Virus record (IMG/VR): IMGVR_UViG_3300029653_000167
Location: 1-64,000 of that record
Length of the DNA stretch: 64,000 nt
Source: a virus
Reading direction: 5' to 3' (one strand)
Shown here in pieces: positions 25,896 to 34,028 of this stretch (position 1 is the first letter of the stretch; each line of letters opens with the position of its first letter). The position numbers and the translations under genes are program-made. The notes under the pieces are model-generated. The model did no database searches. It had not been told where the DNA came from and was given only the letters and a program-made list of their open reading frames with translations.

Positions 25896-26081
25896 TTAGA
25901 ACAGCGGCAAAGCAAACCGCTTGTCGGGCAGATCGGTGGCGTTCAACGCCGCCAAAATCAGGTCAGACGTGTGGAGTGGAATGTTTGCGCGTACCGCCGC
26001 GATATTATCCGGCGTATACGCATAGCCAGAGGACTCCAGAACCTCACGAATCTTGCTAGTGGGTATCTTGACTTCCATCAT
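25896..26081 (-). CDS. hypothetical small protein
   Basis: ORF 25896..26123 from internal MMEVKIP; overlaps stop of upstream gene. Confidence 0.3.
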   Translation of the reverse strand: MMEVKIPTSKIREVLESSGYAYTPDNIAAVRANIPLHTSDLILAALNATDLPDKRFALPLF

Positions 26082-26407
26082 TCCCACCCCAGCATGTCGT
26101 CGATGCACCAGCCGATAGCGCACTCATACCGGTCATACGTGGTGGAATACTTCTGTGAGAACGCCTCACGCGCCCTCTTGTCGAGCATGTCCAACGACAA
26201 ACCGGTTTCGGCTATCTGCTGTTCCGCAGTATCGAAGTCCGGCGCGGTGTATGGCTTGTCCAGCTTCAGCATGGCACGACGGCGTAAATCATCGATAAAA
26301 CCATGCTGGCAGTCGAAGATATCCGCCACGCTATCCGCGTTGTCGGCGGCCATCTCGTAAGCCGCCTGCAACAACAGGCTTACGGCTTTCTCCCGAATCT
26401 CGCTCAT
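26078..26407 (-). CDS. hypothetical protein
   Basis: ORF 26078..26539 from Met45 (MSEIREKAV). Confidence 0.35.
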   Translation of the reverse strand: MSEIREKAVSLLLQAAYEMAADNADSVADIFDCQHGFIDDLRRRAMLKLDKPYTAPDFDTAEQQIAETGLSLDMLDKRAREAFSQKYSTTYDRYECAIGWCIDDMLGWE

Positions 26408-26408
26408 G

Positions 26409-27155
26409 TCACGCCGCCTTAACCCACTTGTCGCGGACGGTAGCCACGTAATCGGCCACCGCCTTTTCCAACTGCCTGTCACTGCCACGCTCATAACGGG
26501 CACGGTAGGCGACAACGCACCTGCCATTGGCCGAAGCAACGTAGGCCACCTTGCGGCCCTTGCTGGTACGGAAGTGACGGATAGGGCCCAAACCTTGCAA
26601 TTCGGGGCATTCCTTAGCCATCATCAGGTCAGGCATCGTACAATAGGAGACGGCGAAACTGTTCACCTTCGGCGGCACTTCGGGAATCTCCTGTGTATCC
26701 GGCGCGGGTTCATCATCCATGAACTCGTCTTCCAATATCGCGTCCTCGGGCATAGGCACCGGCCACTGAACATTGCTCGTGAAGCGTTCCTCCTCACACT
26801 TCCAGTTTGCATCGATCGATGGGTGCGCGACAATGCCGCCAACCGTTTTAGCGTCCATTCCGGTAGGTACCGGCACCGGCACTGTCTTCATACGCTCGGA
26901 ATCGGGTATGAGCATCCAACCATGCTCAAGGTCAACGGAGCTTGACCTCATGCCATTCAAAAAGTCCTCATACTGGACTCCCTTGGCCTGAACATTCCAC
27001 GCCGTGCCCTGCGAAGTCTGGGAAAGTGACCAGACTCGTCTAACCCGAGCGTTCACATACCGAACATCATATTTCGAGCCATCCTTGCGCAACCGCACCC
27101 ACATGCCGCTCACGGCATTCACGTTACGCGACGGGTCATTGGTCAGCTTCTTCAT
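26409..27155 (-). CDS. hypothetical protein (248 aa)
   Basis: Long ORF. Confidence 0.45.
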   Translation of the reverse strand: MKKLTNDPSRNVNAVSGMWVRLRKDGSKYDVRYVNARVRRVWSLSQTSQGTAWNVQAKGVQYEDFLNGMRSSSVDLEHGWMLIPDSERMKTVPVPVPTGMDAKTVGGIVAHPSIDANWKCEEERFTSNVQWPVPMPEDAILEDEFMDDEPAPDTQEIPEVPPKVNSFAVSYCTMPDLMMAKECPELQGLGPIRHFRTSKGRKVAYVASANGRCVVAYRARYERGSDRQLEKAVADYVATVRDKWVKAA

Positions 27156-27226
27156 TTTGGTTTACCTCACTTGTAAAGATTCGATTTTGATTGATTTTCT
27201 GGAATGAGTAGGCGGCTAGAAGACTC

Positions 27227-27574
27227 TCAGCATTCACCCTCTTCGGTGGCTTCGGTGTAGAAAACGTCGTCCATTTGGTCATTGTTGAAACGCTCATTGA
27301 TGTAATCGGAAATTGCCTTACCGGTATCGTCTTCGTTAATTAGCTGACTAATGCGGGTATGGCTCACACCGTTACCGTCCAAAATGTAAGCGTCTTGCGC
27401 CCAACCATCTTCATGCTCGAAAGCCTTGTTATATTCGGTTTCCGTCACATATCCCCAGTCGCCAAGGCGATAGATGCCCTCATAGGGTTGGAAACCGTCA
27501 TAGCGCGTCAATGGCGATAGTTTTTCGTCAACACGTTCCACCATGTCGGCAACATCTTTAACGGTAATGGACAT
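27227..27574 (-). CDS. hypothetical acidic protein
   Basis: 115 aa. Confidence 0.4.
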   Translation of the reverse strand: MSITVKDVADMVERVDEKLSPLTRYDGFQPYEGIYRLGDWGYVTETEYNKAFEHEDGWAQDAYILDGNGVSHTRISQLINEDDTGKAISDYINERFNNDQMDDVFYTEATEEGEC

Positions 27575-27768
27575 TTTGAATCTCCCTTAAACAAGAGGGG
27601 CACGGCCACAACGCCATGCCCCACAACGATTTATTAACGATGGACTCGCACCATGTAGCCCCTACCCCACGGGACTAGCTCCACGGGATAACCTTTGGCC
27701 TCATAATGCGATTGAGTGGCAACAGCCACGGGAAACGACTTGCAACGGTAATGGTCAATCATGGTCGA

Positions 27769-28113
27769 TCACTCACCCATATACGCAACTGGGTTAAGTT
27801 GCATGTCGATACGCCGCCATGCCCTGACCAATTCGGTGGTAGGCGCGTACCGTTCGACAGCCGACCGGCTACCGTCGTACCGTGCGGCCATATCATTATC
27901 AAAACCGATAACAGTGTCCGCCATGATATGACGCGCCTCTTTCGACGTGATGGCCTCACAATGCCAATTGCCATCAAACACGTCGTCGGCAACCCAAGCG
28001 TCACGCTCAGCCCTCGACTCGAACACGTAGAGCTCACCCGGCCATGACCCGTCATCCCATGTCGCGCCGATACCATAAGCCCAGCGGAAAGCGTAGAAGT
28101 AGCGTGCCATCAT
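27769..28113 (-). CDS. hypothetical protein
   Basis: 114 aa, ATGA-coupled. Confidence 0.4.
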   Translation of the reverse strand: MMARYFYAFRWAYGIGATWDDGSWPGELYVFESRAERDAWVADDVFDGNWHCEAITSKEARHIMADTVIGFDNDMAARYDGSRSAVERYAPTTELVRAWRRIDMQLNPVAYMGE

Positions 28114-28403
28114 GCCACCGCCTTAAACTCATGCGATTGGATGAAATCGTTGCGGCTGCAGACGTTTTCAGGCGGGAAAAAATTACTCGGCCAGAACGTG
28201 AATGCACCGTCCTTGAAGTAGCCTCCTTCAATCCACTCGAAACGCTTACGCCGGACACGCCGAACGGTAAGCCAGACGGTATCGTATTTATCGAACGTCA
28301 CCGTCTTGTCAGTGGCTTTGACGATAACGTAGATGTCGCCGGCCAACGATTGGGCCAACCAGCCAACGTGGAAGTCGCTTGGATTCAGTATTTCTTCAGG
28401 CAT
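28110..28403 (-). CDS. hypothetical protein
   Basis: 97 aa. Confidence 0.4.
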   Translation of the reverse strand: MPEEILNPSDFHVGWLAQSLAGDIYVIVKATDKTVTFDKYDTVWLTVRRVRRKRFEWIEGGYFKDGAFTFWPSNFFPPENVCSRNDFIQSHEFKAVA

Positions 28404-28502
28404 GGCACACCTCCATTAGTGTGATATAGGATCTATAGGTTTGATTGATTGAAATTGCCCGAATGGGCGGGAAGCGCGGATTAATGCGCCGCGCTATCGC
28501 AG

Positions 28503-28934
28503 TCAAACTGTCTTAACGAAAGATTCGGGCATGTCACGCCGGAACGTGTACCCGTCGAACATATCGCCGTGCATCTCCTCAACGGCAAAACCATTGCCGC
28601 GCATGAATTGTAGAAACTCACTCATGCCCATGCCGCCAAAGCACAGCTCATACCCGTAATCGAGTTTGTTGACCACGCGCGTGACCTGACCACTATAACC
28701 GGTGTTCACGTTCAGTTTCGGCCACATCATGAGTGTCTGCATAAGCGGGTTATCTTTCAACGCTAAATCAACTGCCGCACTCTCCTTGTCGTATCCACAG
28801 CCTGACACGGTACCGTTAGTGTAGTCGCCGCGAATGCCGGCGAGGTTGGCCCAGACTTCGGCACGCGGGTTACTCCCCCACATGCGTGACCTATGCCAGT
28901 CAACGTTAATCCTGAAAACAAGTTCCACACACAT
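28503..28934 (-). CDS. hypothetical protein
   Basis: 143 aa. Confidence 0.4.
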   Translation of the reverse strand: MCVELVFRINVDWHRSRMWGSNPRAEVWANLAGIRGDYTNGTVSGCGYDKESAAVDLALKDNPLMQTLMMWPKLNVNTGYSGQVTRVVNKLDYGYELCFGGMGMSEFLQFMRGNGFAVEEMHGDMFDGYTFRRDMPESFVKTV

Positions 28935-29002
28935 TGTGAATCTCCCTTGAATTGATGAAGCGCGGAGACAGCCGCGCGACTGAATGAATCTGATTGAAAG
29001 AC

Positions 29003-29215
29003 TTAGTAGCGTTCGCCGATTAGCACGCCGTCTTGGTAGATGTACAGGCCGGTACCACGTCCGTTGCCCATTCGAGCACTATCCCAGTAGCAGAGTCCAG
29101 CTTGACCCGAGCCGTCTTCGTTCTCACATTGCGGGATGTTCGCGGTATCACTACCGCAAGCGGACAGGGTGAAAAGTGTGATTAACGCGGCTGAAGCCGC
29201 CAGAATTTTACGCAT
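29003..29215 (-). CDS. small lipoprotein
   Basis: Signal MRKILAASAALITLFTLSACGSD (lipobox LSAC). Confidence 0.5.
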   Translation of the reverse strand: MRKILAASAALITLFTLSACGSDTANIPQCENEDGSGQAGLCYWDSARMGNGRGTGLYIYQDGVLIGERY

Positions 29216-29335
29216 GGTTCCTCACTTCCATGTGAGGCGTGCTAAGATAGCACAGCCTCGATTTGATTGATTGGTTAGAGAACTTTCAACTTAAGGCACG
29301 CGGCTAGGTAGTTGGCGCTACTTAGCCGCATTCTT

Positions 29336-29560
29336 TTAACGCATCAGGTCGCTCGGTTGGCAGTTGAGTGCACTGGATATCTTCAAAGCGTTTTCAAGAG
29401 TCATGTTCCGAACGTCTCGCCGCCCGGTCTCATAACTGCTGATGATTGTTCGCGCTATTCCAGTGCGCTTGGCTAGCTCAACTTGTGTTAAGTCGGCTTG
29501 TTTGCGCAGTTCCTTAAGTCCCATAGGCTTACCCGCTTTCTCTAGTAGTAGGTAAACCAA
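29336..29560 (-). CDS. XRE-family HTH regulator
   Basis: LTQVELAKRTGIARTIISSYETGRR. Confidence 0.6.
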   Translation of the reverse strand: MVYLLLEKAGKPMGLKELRKQADLTQVELAKRTGIARTIISSYETGRRDVRNMTLENALKISSALNCQPSDLMR

Positions 29561-29716
29561 TTATGACAGCAAAATGTATCATTTGCATGTAGGGAAACAC
29601 TGTTAAGTTCTCAAACTTGCTTTTGTCTTGCCCGATTGGGCTTGATAATTGATAGCATAACGTATCATTTTGGTTTAAACAAATCGGCGTGTCGGAAAAC
29701 CAGCACGCCGAACAGC

Positions 29717-29986
29717 TCACACTGACGCGAACTCACGCACCAGCGCGTGCCGCATGATGTCATCAGCGGACACGCCACGACGTTTAGCGACGGCATCCAA
29801 CATGGCCGACATGTCAGCGCTTAACGAAAACGTCCGACTGACAGCATCCGCCTGAGCGACAGGAACGACAGGCCCGGAATACACCGCACCCGGCCTTCCG
29901 CCGAACTCGCCGTTATCCGCATCGTCGGCCCACTTGTCCAACATGTCATCAGTGACCACACGGCCACCCTTCGCAACAAAAGACAT
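29717..29986 (-). CDS. BrnA-like ribbon-helix-helix antitoxin
   Basis: Downstream of BrnT-like gene; C-term RGVSADDIMRHALVREF. Confidence 0.45.
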   Translation of the reverse strand: MSFVAKGGRVVTDDMLDKWADDADNGEFGGRPGAVYSGPVVPVAQADAVSRTFSLSADMSAMLDAVAKRRGVSADDIMRHALVREFASV

Positions 29987-29999
29987 GACACTTCCTCCT

Positions 30000-30266
30000 T
30001 TACAAAAGTTTCAGTTCCCGCAGCACCTTCGGCGTCGCACGCATGGCATGGAACACATGCCAACGATCCGACTCATCTAGTACCGCCACCATTTCCAGCA
30101 AACGCCCGTACTCGTCGTATCCAACCGCCACATAACGCAACGGGTCGGTATCCTCACGCGCCATAAACCGCACGACGTTCGACCATGCCACGCGCACCGA
30201 ATCAGCGGACACGTCGGGATGTCGAGTCTGGATACGCGGGTCAACGACGATATCGCCAACCGGCAC
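30000..30266 (-). CDS. BrnT-like (DUF497) ribonuclease toxin
   Basis: DPLRYVAVGYDEYGRLLEMVAV ... HAMRATPKVLRE matches BrnT core. Confidence 0.45.
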   Translation of the reverse strand: MPVGDIVVDPRIQTRHPDVSADSVRVAWSNVVRFMAREDTDPLRYVAVGYDEYGRLLEMVAVLDESDRWHVFHAMRATPKVLRELKLL

Positions 30267-30455
30267 GGCTCACCACCTTTCGATATAACAGGTTCCAGCG
30301 TATCCCGTCCACCTTGGGACACGCTATGAGTGCCTAGACTATGGGATAAACCCAGTGAGCTAGGCCGACTGTGTACAAGGCCCACAGTCAGGCGAAGAAT
30401 TGATTAGGGCACACCACGCTGAACGTGGCACTTTCACCCACCGTAGATTAGTGGG

Positions 30456-30683
30456 CTATGACTCTGACTCTTTGGTGTCAGCGTCTAAGAGCTTACGAGG
30501 ATTAGACACACGCAAAGCGTCACAAATCCGCAGCGCATTATCAAGTGTCATATTCCCGATGGATCTACGACCGGCTTCAAAGTCGGCAATACGACCTTGC
30601 GTCATGCCTACCTTGTTACCTAGCTGTTCTTGGGTATATCCTCGCTTCTGCCTTAATTCCCTAAGACTCATGGCCCACCTCAC
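30456..30683 (-). CDS. XRE-family HTH regulator
   Basis: YTQEQLGNKVGMTQGRIADFEAGRR. Confidence 0.6.
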   Translation of the reverse strand: MRWAMSLRELRQKRGYTQEQLGNKVGMTQGRIADFEAGRRSIGNMTLDNALRICDALRVSNPRKLLDADTKESES

Positions 30684-31047
30684 TCTGGTTCAGTGGGCCC
30701 AATTATACAATTTCAAACGTCCGGTTTAGCCGTCGCGCGGTTATCTCCCCGCGTCTGCCACTCTATCCAGTGGCGACGTTCATAGCGGGGACAATTCCAT
30801 GCCGGATACCCGCTCTCTTATCCTCACTAGCCCGGTAGGCTAGACGCCGGTAGACGCAACTCATTTATGCAACCTTGTTTGACGTACTCTCACTACGCAG
30901 ATTACAACCGACTTTTGGCAACGCTTTTTAGTTATCAATGAGCATGTCCGCCTGATTACCCGCCGCTCACTATGAGTTTTGGATAGAGGGGACTAAGTGC
31001 GCGACTAGGGACTTGCACCCTAGCGTTAGCCACTATGGCCGCGCTGA

Positions 31048-31299
31048 TTACTTGTTGAGGTCATTCCACACGTTGTCAAACTTGCGGTATAGCTCGGCGG
31101 GGTATTCCTCGTTGTCGTCCATCTCGATACCGAGGGACATGGCCGTGAGGTCAAGCACGTTGTCATAGGTGCAGGGCTTACATACCGTGGCTAGGTCCAC
31201 CGCCGCCCTAAATGCTTTGGCTTTAATCTCCGTGGTGTTCATCTCGGGGTTCCTTTCTGTGTTCTCGTTTCGTTGTGGCTTCATCATAAGCAACCCCAT
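31048..31299 (-). CDS. hypothetical protein, first gene of minus-strand block
   Basis: 83 aa. Confidence 0.4.
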   Translation of the reverse strand: MGLLMMKPQRNENTERNPEMNTTEIKAKAFRAAVDLATVCKPCTYDNVLDLTAMSLGIEMDDNEEYPAELYRKFDNVWNDLNK

Positions 31300-31760
31300 A
31301 AGGGGATGTCAAATTGTATAATCACACCACCACATAAACCGTTGAAAACATTGACGTTTATCGGCGTGTCGAAACCACCATAACCACCACAAAAACCGTC
31401 AAACCACAGAGCCCACGCCACTACTCCCATACCCATATAGTTGCACATACAACAGTTGCACCATGCAACAATCACCAAACATGAGCCAACATCACTCAAC
31501 CTCATGCCGCCGCCGCTCACAGTCCCATAACCACGCATGTATGCGCACGCGCCCATACGCACACGCCTACGCGCGTACACGCGCGGATACGCGCACGCAC
31601 ACGTATGCGCACACACACGCACGCCCACACGCACGCATGTACGCACGCATACGCGCACGCCCACACGCGCGTACACGCGCACGCGCACACATGGGGGTGG
31701 GAGAGCCCCACCCCGGTAAGACGTGGGGGCCGCACGGACAATGGTTTCGCTCGTGAATGA
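31300..31760. repeat. non-coding AC-rich, strand-asymmetric tract ending in ~180-bp purine-pyrimidine alternating (ACGCRC/CACACG) repeat
   Basis: e.g. cgcacgcccacacgcacgcatgtacgcacgcatacgcgcacgcccacacgcgcgtacacgcgcacgcgcacac. All six-frame ORFs here are low-complexity R/C/A/H/Y artifacts. Confidence 0.6.
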
Positions 31761-31810
31761 TCTGTTGGGCCATTTTTTGAATTAGCGTTTCATTGGTGTA
31801 GGAAATACTC

Positions 31811-31834
31811 TTGCAACGCTTGCTGCAACGCTTG
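31811..31834 (+). promoter_or_regulatory. direct repeat TTGCAACGCTTG-C-TGCAACGCTTG upstream of tRNA cluster
   Basis: Two 11-12-bp direct repeats, each with palindromic TTGCAA core. Confidence 0.3.
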
Positions 31835-31903
31835 TTGTGAGTAAACTATCGTGTAGATGGATTGTCGGGGATTGGAGCGAAGCTCGGGTTCCTGACAAGG
31901 TGA

Positions 31904-31928
31904 GGCCCCGCAGTCGCGGGGTTTTCTT
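31904..31928 (+). terminator. intrinsic terminator-like hairpin CCCCGC-AGTC-GCGGGG + TTTTCTT immediately before tRNA-1
   Basis: Perfect 6-bp GC stem and T run. Confidence 0.45.
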
Positions 31929-31935
31929 GTATTTG

Positions 31936-32009
31936 CGTGAGATATCCCAATTGGTAGAGGACGCCGGCTCAAACCCGGTGTGTTGTGGGTTCGATTCCCT
32001 CTCTCACGA
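31936..32009 (+). tRNA. tRNA, anticodon CAA, in a class-I (short variable loop, 74 nt) scaffold
   Basis: Acceptor CGTGAGA/TCTCACG (7/7). T-arm GTGGG-TTCGATT-CCCTC. Anticodon arm GCCGG-CTCAAAC-CCGGT. Confidence 0.6.
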
Positions 32010-32276
32010 CTAGGCCACGCCTTTTTTGAAAACCGAACCGTCAAAACAGTTTTACGAGGATTTGTAAGGTCGAGTTCTCTGGGATTCCGTTTTGTATTGG
32101 TGTTGTTTTCTTGGACCGGGGGCGTGGCCGTGGATGATTGGCAGAGTAGACGAATGCGGCGGCTTGCTAGGCCGTAAACCGTAAAAGGTTCGCAAGTGCA
32201 AATCTTGCATCATCCGCGAGATGGTCGGTGAGGCTGGTCAAGGCCCTGACTGTCGTGGGGGTTCGACTATCCCTAT

Positions 32277-32347
32277 ATGCCCGTAGCTCAATGGTAGAGT
32301 ACCGGTCTCCAAAACCGGTGACGTGAGTTCGATTCTCACCAGGTATG
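32277..32347 (+). tRNA. tRNA-Trp (CCA)
   Basis: Anticodon arm CCGGT-CTCCAAA-ACCGG. T-arm GTGAG-TTCGATT-CTCAC. D-arm GCTC-AATGGTA-GAGT. Acceptor has one C-A mismatch. Confidence 0.7.
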
Positions 32348-32349
32348 CG

Positions 32350-32421
32350 ATGCCGGTAGCTCAGCGGCTAGAGCGTATGGCTACGGTCATAGGGTCGGTG
32401 GTTCGAGTCCACTCCGGTACC
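32350..32421 (+). tRNA. tRNA-like gene with non-canonical anticodon arm (ACG/Arg-like; 8-nt or 6-nt loop); possible pseudogene or frameshift-suppressor-like
   Basis: Acceptor ATGCCGG/CCGGTAC (1-72 mismatch). D-arm GCTC-AGCGGCTA-GAGC. T-arm GGTGG-TTCGAGT-CCACT. Anticodon region TATG-GCTACGGT-CATA. Confidence 0.45.
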
Positions 32422-32547
32422 ACAACGCCTTCAAGAAGAGGCGATTACAGGCGGTGACGGCTTCTTGGGTCATCGCCGGATGTCGGCGGCGGCTTCATGC
32501 CATGCCGTGCGGCGATAACTGAACAGCGCTCCCCTAGTGGGAGGCAT

Positions 32548-32618
32548 GGCATTCTAGCTCATTGGAAGAGCGGCGCTCTCGTAAAGCGCAGGTTCGAGTT
32601 CGATTCTCGGGATTGCCT
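32548..32618 (+). tRNA. tRNA-Thr (CGT)
   Basis: Anticodon arm GCGCT-CTCGTAA-AGCGC. T-arm TCGAG-TTCGATT-CTCGG. Acceptor GGCATTC/GATTGCC (one mismatch). Confidence 0.65.
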
Positions 32619-32729
32619 CTAGGAACCGGTGGCTCGTGGACCAACATCCCCTGTATTTGGATTAACCCCGTTGGAATGCTCGCTCGCCACGCTCCCACCG
32701 GCTCCGCCCCCTACGTGTAAGGAGTCATC

Positions 32730-33065
32730 GTGGCTTGGTCATCTTCCAACCGTGATGCACGGTTCAACCCCGGATGGGAGCGGACCCGCAAGCGGATATT
32801 AGAGCGGGACCACCATCGATGCCAGTGGATTGTGACCGACTGGCATACGGGGGCGAAGCATATTTGCGGCTATCCTGCCAATGAGGTCGATCATAAGGTT
32901 CGCGCGAAGAACGGTGAGCCTGATGATGATTCCCCGTCGAACCTGTGGGCGTTGTGCTCATATCACCATAAGCAGAAAACCGCTCGTGAGAGTGGTGAGG
33001 CTCGGGTGGAAAAGCGTAGGAGCCGCGAGGAGGCCGAATGGTATTCGAGGCCGGCTTTTCGATAG
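32730..33065 (+). CDS. HNH endonuclease (terminase-associated)
   Basis: GTG start with AAGGAG SD; CQWIV ... HICGYPANEVDHKVRAKNGEPDD ... LWALCSYHHKQKT. Confidence 0.65.
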   Translation: MAWSSSNRDARFNPGWERTRKRILERDHHRCQWIVTDWHTGAKHICGYPANEVDHKVRAKNGEPDDDSPSNLWALCSYHHKQKTARESGEARVEKRRSREEAEWYSRPAFR

Positions 33066-33613
33066 AGCGTTGCGCTGTGTTCGGGTGTCTTAACCCGGTG
33101 TGCGCCAAAGGGTTGTGCAGGGAGCATTACAACCGGAACTACTATTCCGGCACTCCGTTGAGGAGACTGCGCACCCGCATGTGTCCGGTGTGCTTCAAAT
33201 GGTTCGACCCTGAGCGTTCCTCTCGCTTGTTCTGTTCGGACAAGTGCCGTTTGAGGTATTTCCGTAAACGTCAACTGCATCCCGAGCTGCCGTCGCGTCC
33301 TGAAACCGTGTTGCATGAGCGGACGGTGGAACCGGCTGAACGGCCTCGGATGGTTGTCGAGTCTTTCACCCGTTCGCAGGTGATTGAGAAGTGTGCCGGC
33401 CGTTGCCAGAAGTGCGGCGGACTGGTCGATGTAGATAGTGCCGGGCCTGACGGCGCGGCTTTTGAGTGGAAGGTTCCTTTGGAGAAGTCGCATTCAGCGA
33501 CTTTGGAGAACCGCATTCTCGTTCACGACCGGTGCAGGGGCGAAAAGCCCGTGCGTCGGACAGCCCGGAATGGGCGGAAACGGAGCGTGAATCATGGCAG
33601 GAAACGGGCGTAG
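33038..33613 (+). CDS. zinc-finger/HNH-like protein
   Basis: Multiple CxxC pairs; CAGRCQKCGG ... ILVHDRC. Start uncertain. Confidence 0.3.
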   Translation: MVFEAGFSIERCAVFGCLNPVCAKGLCREHYNRNYYSGTPLRRLRTRMCPVCFKWFDPERSSRLFCSDKCRLRYFRKRQLHPELPSRPETVLHERTVEPAERPRMVVESFTRSQVIEKCAGRCQKCGGLVDVDSAGPDGAAFEWKVPLEKSHSATLENRILVHDRCRGEKPVRRTARNGRKRSVNHGRKRA

Positions 33614-34028
33614 GGCGTCCAAGATAGCCGCGATGCCTTTGCTGAGCAGTCCCGAGGAGCCGGTTGGGCCGGAACTGCCTGATGTTCGCCCGGATACGGG
33701 CGATGAATGGTTGCCGGTCACTCGCCGCTGGTATGAGGATTTGCGTCGTAGCCCGTTGGCTCAGCGTATGGGCGTCGGCCCTGACTGGGATTTCGTGTTG
33801 GATACGGCGCTGCTCAAGGATGATTTCAAACGTTCCCGTAAGGGGCGTGCGATTCTGGCGGCTGAGATTCGCCAGCGTGAGGCCATGATCGGCGTCACTC
33901 CGAAGGCGCGTAACGATTTGAAGTTCGACGCGCCTCAGGCGAATGATTTGAAGGCGTCCTCGTATTCGGGTTCCTCGAACGTCATCAGCATGGAGGAAGC
34001 ACGTAGGCAGCGTCGGGCGGTGGGCTGA
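33594..34028 (+). CDS. terminase small subunit (P27-like)
   Basis: Size and position upstream of large terminase. Confidence 0.5.
   Translation: MAGNGRRASKIAAMPLLSSPEEPVGPELPDVRPDTGDEWLPVTRRWYEDLRRSPLAQRMGVGPDWDFVLDTALLKDDFKRSRKGRAILAAEIRQREAMIGVTPKARNDLKFDAPQANDLKASSYSGSSNVISMEEARRQRRAVG

Noticed and set aside
30991-31020. 13-mer GGGACTTGCACCC (plus nearby ACTATGGC) shared between the 30991-31040 leader and the CTn xis leader (~63118-63200)
   Set aside because: About 60 exact 13-mer repeats are expected by chance in a 64-kb window on both strands. The flanking similarity is weak and rearranged, although the minus-strand copy at 30990-31040 does fold into a small three-hairpin structure.
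31300-31760. CRISPR array
   Set aside because: The repeats are short, degenerate and contiguous with no spacer-repeat periodicity; no cas genes.
31284-31773. ORFs inside the RY repeat tract (31284..31688-, 31463..31756+, 31517..31741-, 31537..31719+, 31567..31773-)
   Set aside because: Translations are pure low-complexity (RVCVRTCV, HARTHARM), produced by the (CA)n(CG)n repeat, not genes.
32160-32276. Possible extra tRNA upstream of tRNA-Trp (GGGGGTTCGACTATCCC T-loop-like sequence)
   Set aside because: Could not pair a T-stem or acceptor; likely a degenerate fragment. Left for tRNAscan.
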